Shown one piece after another: positions 1 through 5,476 of a stretch of 5,476 bases of DNA (position 1 is the stretch's first letter; each line of letters begins with the position of its first letter). Position numbers and translations under genes: made by a program. This DNA is from Octopus sinensis (lineage: Eukaryota). Below the pieces are notes generated by a model that worked only from the letters and a program-made list of their open reading frames with translations, was not told the DNA's origin and made no database searches. The stretch covers positions 1-5,476 of the forward strand of contig NW_021830032.1 in assembly GCF_006345805.1 (NCBI RefSeq). Direction: 5' to 3'.

Positions 1-6
1 ATAATA

Positions 7-214
7 GTCCTTTCTACTATTGGCCTGACATCTTTGGTGGGTTATATAGTCGATTACATAGACCCAGGATGCAACTAGTCCTAAATTTATAGACCTTGCA
101 AGGATGGAAAGCGAAGTTGACCTTGGGGGAGTTTGAACTCAGAACGTAAAGATGGGTGAAATACCACTATTAATTTTGCCCGGCATGCTAATGATTCTGC
201 AAGCACGCCGCCTT
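7..214 (-). mobile_element. tRNA-derived SINE (cephalopod-type; central domain resembles the Meta-type conserved SINE domain), diverged copy
   Basis: The minus strand begins AAGGCGGCGTGCTTGCAGAATCATTAGC, an A-box-like segment (+187-202). A B-box GAGTTCAAACTCC follows (+128-140), then CTTCGCTTTCCATCCTTGCAAGGTCTATAAATTTAGGACTAG, and the element ends ...AGTAGAAAGGAC-TATTAT running into an (ATT) tail at the window edge. Family resemblance is from recall, not a database search. Confidence 0.8.
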
Positions 215-217
215 AAA

Positions 218-247
218 AACAACAACAACAACAACAACAACAACAGC

Positions 248-322
<75 letters not shown>
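218..322. repeat. Compound microsatellite: (AAC)n 218-244, AGC, then (AAT)n 248-322
   Basis: Read directly from the sequence. It produces the poly-Asn pseudo-ORF 152-364. Confidence 0.97.
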
Positions 323-325
<3 letters not shown>

Positions 326-360
326 CACCCACCCAGCCAACGAGACAGACAGACACTACT

Positions 361-536
361 GTGATTGTGATAATGATAAAAACAAAAATAACTATAATAA
401 GATACTGCTGTGACTACACATAAAACAATATCATTGATTATGATGATGATGGTGATGGTAATGATGATAATGATGATAGTAATAGTGGTGATAATGATAA
501 TAGTGATAATAATGGTGATGATAATAACAATAATAA
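361..536. repeat. Degenerate (GAT/AAT/GGT/AGT) trinucleotide low-complexity tract ending in ATAATAACAATAATAA
   Basis: Strong 3-bp periodicity, clearest at 438-536 (gatgatgatggtgatggtaatgatgataat...). It forms the upstream flank of the LINE. Confidence 0.85.
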
Positions 537-858
537 ACCGATTACGGCTGCTATAATGGTACGATTATAATTGTAACGGCAATGATGGCCGTCTCCCCAC
601 GAGCCAATCAAAGCTCAAAAATGATAACATTATCATACCATCAAAATGTTTTTGGAAACTAAAAGGAAAACTAAATCAGTATACCAAATCGCTTGTCCTA
701 TGTTTAATCTGGAAGCGCGTCCCCCAGGGAAGAGCCAGCCTGGGATCGAAAAGTCATCAACTGGCACAAACTCTTCTCCGAATACGGACATGGACGGGAA
801 ATTCCCCAACTCGAGCCCTCCAAGTTCATCTCCACAACCACCGCAGAAAGAAAAATGT

Positions 859-1082
859 AAGCGGAACAAATGGACCCGAGAAGAGTATAAAGAAGTAATA
901 TACGCTTATTACTATGCATTAGATAGGCCATCTCAAGAGAGACACACCGCAAACTCTTACAGTATATGGAGAACACGAATCAAGACAGTAGGCCCTATTT
1001 GGACGAGAACAAATTGGCAAATGTGAGGAGAGATATCCTTAGAAATAACAGACTCACAGACAGTGAAATAAGCGCGATCAAG
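859..1082 (+). other. N-terminal putative Myb/SANT-like DNA-binding region of the R4-clade ORF
   Basis: Rebuilt across a frameshift at ~978: KRNKWTREEYKEVIYAYYYAL..RPS..YSIWRTRNQDSRPYLDENKLANVRRDILRNNRLTDSEISAIK. The spaced Trp/aromatic pattern matches the N-terminus I recall for Dong/Rex6 ORFs. The Myb-like label is by family analogy. Confidence 0.6.
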
Positions 1083-2029
1083 CACGCAATGGAAAATGAC
1101 ATAAATATAAGACACAAAGGAAATGAAGAATCAGATGAACAGTATAGCCCGACGGGAGGCTTAATTGAAAGACTGCCATCTGGCCAAAGTACGCAAAGGC
1201 CTGAAGATACAAGAAATTCTATTGAACCTGTTAAAGATAGCCAGGAAAATGATAAAACAACAGTAACTGAAGATCTCGCATTTGCTGAAGAACACAGAGA
1301 GTCTATGGCAAAAATGATGCAGAAAATCCTGAATACGCTTGAAGTTGTAATCATACACAGTATGAATGATAGAGAACCACTTCATAAACTCTCAATACAA
1401 ACCAAAATAAAAAACAAATTAAAATTGGCAACTATGTAACAAATGAAATAATACAAGAATTGAAACCTGATTTTACTGAGTTAAGTGAAATTATTTACGC
1501 TTCTGCTAGGGCAATTGAAACCAGTTGTATGCCCCCGAAAAAACAAAGAAAACCAAACCTGGGAAGAAATCAAACCTAGAGAAGTAAAATTGAAAAAGAG
1601 ATTGAATTTATGAGAGGGGAAATATCAATATTAAATGAACTAATATGTGGAAATGATGTAAGATCCAGAACAGGAAGAAAGATGAAGAGAAAATTTGGAT
1701 CCTCACCAAGACAAGAACTGATATCAATAAAAGAAACGCTGAAACAAAAATTCCAAGCAAAAGCCCAAAGAATACGAAGATTTGAGAAGAGAAACAAGTT
1801 TTACAAGCAAAATAAGCTGTTCACATCCAATGCCAAAAAATTCTACAGAGAAATAGGGAAAGGAGTCCGTAAAGACCCCCCTCGACTTACAATTTTGGTC
1901 CAAACTTTTTGGCAAGGAAGTACACATAAATGCAACTGGATTATTGCGTCCTACCAAAACCTACAACACCAGCGCATGGGAAACATCACAATAGCAGACC
2001 TAAGAAAGGCACTCACGAAGGCCCATAAT

Positions 2030-2960
2030 TGGAAATCCCCCGTAAAGATAGGGTGCCGAATTTCTGGCTCGCATCGCTCCCATACGCACATGGTAAGCTA
2101 GTTCAGCTGCTCAATGGAATTATGAGAGACCCAAAGAAAACACCTGAATGGTAGCAAGTGGCATTACTTACCTACTCCCAAAGAATAACGAACCAACCTT
2201 CCAAAAAACTATCGGCCTATGACCTGTCTATCCACCACGTATAAAATCCTAACATCTATCCTGGCGGAGAAAACATATGCATTCATGGAGAAGAACGATA
2301 TTTTCCCCATTGAACAAAAAGGGTGCCGCCGAGGCTCTTACGGATGCAAAGATCAACTGCTAATCAATCGTATGATGCTTGAGAACTGTCACAACAAGCG
2401 CAGAAATCTCAGCACCGCATGGATTGACTACAAAAAGGCCTTCGACAGTATACCGCATCCATGGATCTTGAGATCGCTGGACATCTTCAAGATTCCCCTG
2501 TGATTTCAAACTTCCTGAAGCACAATATGTCGTTTGTGAATACGAATCTCCAATTATACCACTCTAATGGAGTACTTGCCTCAGAAAATATAAACATCAA
2601 CTGTTGAATTTTTCAAGGTGACTCACTTTCACCTTTAATATTCTGCATAGCCCTAATACCCTTACAAGTGAATTAAACAGAACAGGGTATGGGTATAAAA
2701 TTGCCAATAAAAAAATAAGCCATCTATTTTATATGGATGACTTAAAACTTTATGGTAAGACAATATGAACTTGAAGGCCTATTGCGCACCGTGAAAGCAT
2801 TCAGCGATGACATCGGGATGGAGTTTGGACTTGAGAAGTGTGCCAAGGCCACTTTCCAGAAAGGGAAAGTGAAGACCACAAATTCAGTCGTGTTAGATGT
2901 TGACACAGTCATAAGAGAGCTTGAGCCAAGAACAAACATACAAATATTTGGGATAATGAA
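2030..2960 (+). other. Non-LTR reverse transcriptase domain
   Basis: Motifs in order: WKSP[G]KDRVPNFWL (2030-2069), NYRPM (2207-2221), WIDYKKAFDS (2420-2449), QGDSLSP (2614-2634), YMDD (2730-2741), FGLEKC, YKYLG (2939-2953). Confidence 0.96.
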
Positions 2961-3707
2961 GGCTCTGGTATTCAGCATGCAAGCATGAAAGAGAAAATCA
3001 GGAAGGAATGTTATAGGAGAGTTCGTGCAGTCCTGAAATCTGATCTAAATGCACGTAACAAGGTGTTAGCTAGAAATTCCTTAGCAGTTCCAGTTGTTAC
3101 TTATAGCTACAATGTGTTGAACTGGAATATGAGTGAAGTAAAGAATATAGATAGAAAAATACGCAAGCTGCTGAGTTGTAATAGGATGCACCACCCAAAG
3201 GCAGACGTAGATCGCCTTTACCTTCCCAGAGCCCAAGGAGGTCGAGGCCTGATCCAATTTGAACTAGCTTACAAAACAACCACAATTGGACTGGCCAAAT
3301 ATCTCGAAATATCGAATGACTGGATGCTAAAGCTTGTGGAAAATCACGAGAGACGAAAGAAGCTTCATTCTATCATAAAGGAAAGCAAAAAATTTGCTAT
3401 TGATCTCGTGCAGGATACCCAACTGACACCCGAGGGAAGTACGGCAATTATTGTTGCAAAGAAGGTGAAAATGATGGCAATGAAAAAAGCGCACGAGCAA
3501 TTGGCTGATAGGTGGAGGAGAAACCTCTGCACGGCAAATATGTGACCCGCAGCAACAAGCTGATGTTGACCAGAAGCAAACCCATCAGTGACTACGGAGC
3601 TCAGGGCTCAAAGCAGAGAGCGAAGGTTTCATCCTGGCTGCTCAAGATCAAAGCCTATTACCCGGAACTACCAGGCCAATGTGATGAAAAATGGAGCAGA
3701 CCCAAAA

Positions 3708-4090
3708 TACCGATTCTGCAACGACATGATTGAAACAGTGGACCACCTAATCTCTGGATGTAAAGTCTTAGCACCAGTGGAGTATAAATTAAGACATGAC
3801 AGAGTTGGCCAATATCTACACTGGCTAATAAGTCGGCATTACAATATCAAAACTGCCGACAAGTGGTATAATCACCACCCTGAGGCTGTAACTGAAGGTG
3901 AAAATGTAACCATTCTGTGGGACTTTCCAGTACATACAGACCGAACCATCAAGGCCAATAAACCAGATATTGTTGTGAAAGACCAAAACAATAAAGTTTG
4001 CTTATTGATCGACATGAGCATCCCCTGTGATCATAATATCTCAGCGAAAGAGTTTGACAAGCTCAGAAAGTATAAAGACCTACTCATTGA
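3708..4090 (+). other. CCHC-type zinc knuckle plus restriction-like endonuclease (PD-(D/E)xK) domain
   Basis: YRFCNDMIETVDHLISGC (3708-3761; Y-x2-C-x8-H-x4-C), RHD (3792-3800), LWD (3915-3923), KPDIVV (3960-3977), LIDMSIP (D at 4011) and KYKDL (4068-4082). Confidence 0.93.
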
Positions 4091-4380
4091 AATTGAGAAA
4101 ATGTGGCATCTCAAGGCGATTACAATACCAGTGATCGTAGGAGCACTAGGAATGATCAAGAAGGAAAACCGAAAATTATATGAGAATGATCTCTGGCTTA
4201 CCATCCCTGCAAGAAGTGCAAAGATTGTCTTAACTGGTACATCACACGTATTGAGAAGAGCATTGTCGATGTGAGAACTATTACTACCCATGTATTTTAA
4301 TTTAACTTAAAAAAAAAACATTTTTTTTAATGAACGAACTACTGAGTTTGGTTTAATGGCCTACCAATGTATACTATGAG

Positions 4381-4420
4381 TTTCTTTGCCCTAGGAGTCG
4401 GGAAGACACTCGGCAAGAAA
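4381..4420 (+). other. Predicted 3' UTR stem-loop of the LINE
   Basis: TTTCTTTGCC (4381-4390) pairs with GGCAAGAAA (4412-4420) with one bulged T. The inner GAGTC (4395-4399) pairs with GACACTC (4405-4411) around a GGGAA loop. It lies about 30 nt before the (TAA)n flank. Confidence 0.6.
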
Positions 4421-4447
4421 TGGAAGCAAATTTGAAAGAAGAAAAAA

Positions 4448-4450
4448 TAA

Positions 4451-4505
<55 letters not shown>

Positions 4506-4525
4506 TAATAATAATAATAATGATG

Positions 4526-4558
<33 letters not shown>

Positions 4559-4602
4559 TAATAATAATAATAATAAAATAATAATAATAATAATAATAAT
4601 AA
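4448..4602. repeat. (TAA)n microsatellite with occasional TGA units; 3' flank or tail of the LINE
   Basis: Read directly; pure from 4452 after ...GAAGAAAAAATAAG. Confidence 0.97.
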
Positions 4603-4610
4603 CAATGGTG

Positions 4611-4903
4611 GTGACCCCCTTCGGTCAGACACTGACCATGGGTTTGCACCTAGAGAATTACCCTCTGAGGCACAAGTCTGGGCAAGGTTGTTTTATGGAA
4701 GACCAGCAGTCGCCCATGCATACCGGCCTCCCCTCTCCACGTCACCGATGTTGTCCAAGGGAAAGGCAAAGGCCGATACAGCTTAGCACCTGTGACGTCG
4801 CAACTCATTTCTACAGCTGAGTGAACTGGAGCAACGTGAAATAAAGTGTCTTGCTCAAGAACACAACACGCAGCCCGGTCCGGGATTCGAGCTCACAACC
4901 TCA
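4611..4903 (-). mobile_element. tRNA-derived CORE-type SINE, 5'-truncated within the tRNA head
   Basis: The minus strand reads TGAGGTTGTGAGCTCGAATCCCGGACC, with a variant B-box at +4882-4894. A CORE-like domain follows (TGTGTTCTTGAGCAAGACACTTTATTTCACGTTGCTCCAGTTCACTCAGCTGTAGAAATGAGT; compare the CORE consensus TGTGACCTTGGGCAAGTCACTT...CATCTGTAAAATGGG). The body ends ...GACCGAAGGGGGTCAC before (TTA)n. No A-box is found upstream. Confidence 0.82.
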
Positions 4904-4975
4904 CATAATTATAATAATAATATAATATAATAATAATAATAATATAATAATAATAATAATAATAATAATATAATG

Positions 4976-5009
<34 letters not shown>

Positions 5010-5151
5010 TAATAATAATGATAATAATAATGATGATAATAATAATGATAATAATAATGATAATAATAATGATAATAATGATAATATAAATGATAATAAT
5101 AATGATAATAATAATGATAATAATAATGATAATAATAATAATATAATAATA

Positions 5152-5182
<31 letters not shown>

Positions 5183-5272
5183 AACAACAACAACAACAAA
5201 CACAACAACAACAACAATAATAACAACAACAACAACAACAACAACAATAACATAATAATAATAATAATAATA

Positions 5273-5330
<58 letters not shown>
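4904..5330. repeat. Compound microsatellite: (AAT)n / (GATAATAATAAT)n / (AAG)10 at 5153-5182 / (AAC)n at 5183-5251 / (AAT)n at 5253-5329
   Basis: Read directly. It explains the poly-I/L/Y/C minus-strand pseudo-ORFs. Confidence 0.97.
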
Positions 5331-5476
5331 CATCATGTACGTGTAACAGCCTATGAAAATAGATCAGATCTGAAACCACCACGAAGCTGGAGTTAAAAAT
5401 CGGCCAAAAAATGAAAGAAAAGTACAAGAAACCGAAAGATGTCTCTTCGCAAATACAGAATACAAACGGTGATCCC

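Larger units (their letters stand above)
646..4274 (+). pseudogene. Frameshifted single ORF of the R4/Dong-like element (RT + RLE polyprotein, ~1,200 aa when rebuilt)
   Basis: ORF-track pieces 646-1026, 966-1439, 1610-2101, 2219-2503, 2752-2988, 2985-3545, 3512-3733 and 3588-4274, plus the intervening frames, join colinearly into one protein ending ...HVLRRALSM-TGA (4272-4274). In-frame stops occur at 1577 (TAG), 2605 (TGA) and 3589 (TGA). The true start could be ATG 646 or a nearby downstream ATG. Confidence 0.9.
537..4451 (+). mobile_element. Near-full-length non-LTR retrotransposon, RLE group, R4 clade (Dong/Rex6-like), flanked by AAT-type repeats
   Basis: Single-ORF architecture with RT followed by a CCHC-type knuckle and a C-terminal PD-(D/E)xK nuclease; no APE domain is seen. 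R4/Dong-type motifs include LKQKFQAKAQRIRRFEKR..FYKQNKLF..NAKKFY, EQKGCRRGSYGCKDQLLI, HHPKADVDRLYLPRAQGGRGL and GLKAESEGFILAAQDQSL. The 3' end is sharp at (TAA)n (~4451). The 5' boundary is uncertain, somewhere within 537-645. Confidence 0.92.

Noticed and set aside
1-40. Shared 3' tail between the first SINE and the LINE (partner relationship)
   Set aside because: The SINE end in this window (GGCCAATAGTAGAAAGGAC) does not align convincingly with the LINE 3' UTR, and the tail polarity differs.
152-364. 70-aa poly-Asn ORF
   Set aside because: It is antisense SINE sequence read into (AAC)/(AAT) repeats, with no evidence of coding function.
575-770. HDV-like or hammerhead ribozyme at the 5' end
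   Set aside because: I could not place P3/L3 (TCCTCGY-type) with P1/P2 on the sense strand. TTGATGA (minus) and CGAAA (plus) are on opposite strands, so they do not form a hammerhead core.
646-1439. Separate ORF1 or programmed frameshift before the RT ORF
   Set aside because: R4-clade elements have one ORF. The breaks at ~978 and ~1430 look like the other single-base losses, and the conserved motif runs straight through the first break.
633-4291. Short minus-strand ORFs inside the LINE (633-869, 704-976, 995-1354, 1161-1385, 1576-1797, 1724-1957, 2742-2978, 3097-3285, 4031-4291)
   Set aside because: They are antisense shadows of the plus-strand ORF with no motifs.
4307-4330. TTAAAAAAAA-AACA-TTTTTTTTAA inverted repeat, resembling a terminator or an internal poly(A)
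   Set aside because: It is a low-complexity A/T pairing that arises easily by chance in an AT-rich UTR. The element continues past it, so it is not the 3' tail.
4791-4802. CRE-like near-palindrome TGTGACGTCGCA
   Set aside because: It is one mismatch from TGACGTCA, lies inside a SINE body, and has no linked gene in the window.
4605-4820. 71-aa plus-strand ORF
   Set aside because: It lies antisense within the SINE and has no recognisable motif.
218-5330. CRISPR array, retron or group II intron interpretation of RT plus repeats
   Set aside because: The repeats are trinucleotide microsatellites without spacers. The RT has non-LTR RLE-group motifs and a eukaryotic SINE context.
4339-5427. Minus-strand poly-Ile/Leu/Tyr/Cys ORFs (4339-4632, 4374-4649, 4893-5336, 4901-5203, 4909-5427)
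   Set aside because: They are stop-free translations of (ATT)n, (GTT)n and (CTT)n microsatellites.

Overview
Eukaryotic, AT-rich, microsatellite-dense window with no host gene. The two SINEs resemble, from memory, abundant Octopus/cephalopod SINE families, so the taxon is an inference. The core (~537-4451, +) is one near-full-length non-LTR retrotransposon of the restriction-like-endonuclease (RLE) group, R4 clade (Dong/Rex6-like). Its single ~1,200-aa ORF (646-4274) can be rebuilt across roughly 15 frameshift sites and 3 in-frame stops. The domain order is N-terminal Myb-like region, RT (YMDD), CCHC knuckle (first Cys reads Tyr), then PD-(D/E)xK endonuclease. The element sits between AAT-type repeats, as known for TAA-targeting Dong elements, and has a 3' UTR stem-loop just before the (TAA)n flank. 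Two different tRNA-derived SINEs lie on the - strand (~7-214 and ~4611-4903), each also bounded by AAT/AAC arrays. Compound microsatellites fill the rest. The system belongs to a known class. The open questions are whether the frameshifts are long-read errors, what the RNA structures do, and why the LINE and SINEs have opposite polarity in the same repeat.
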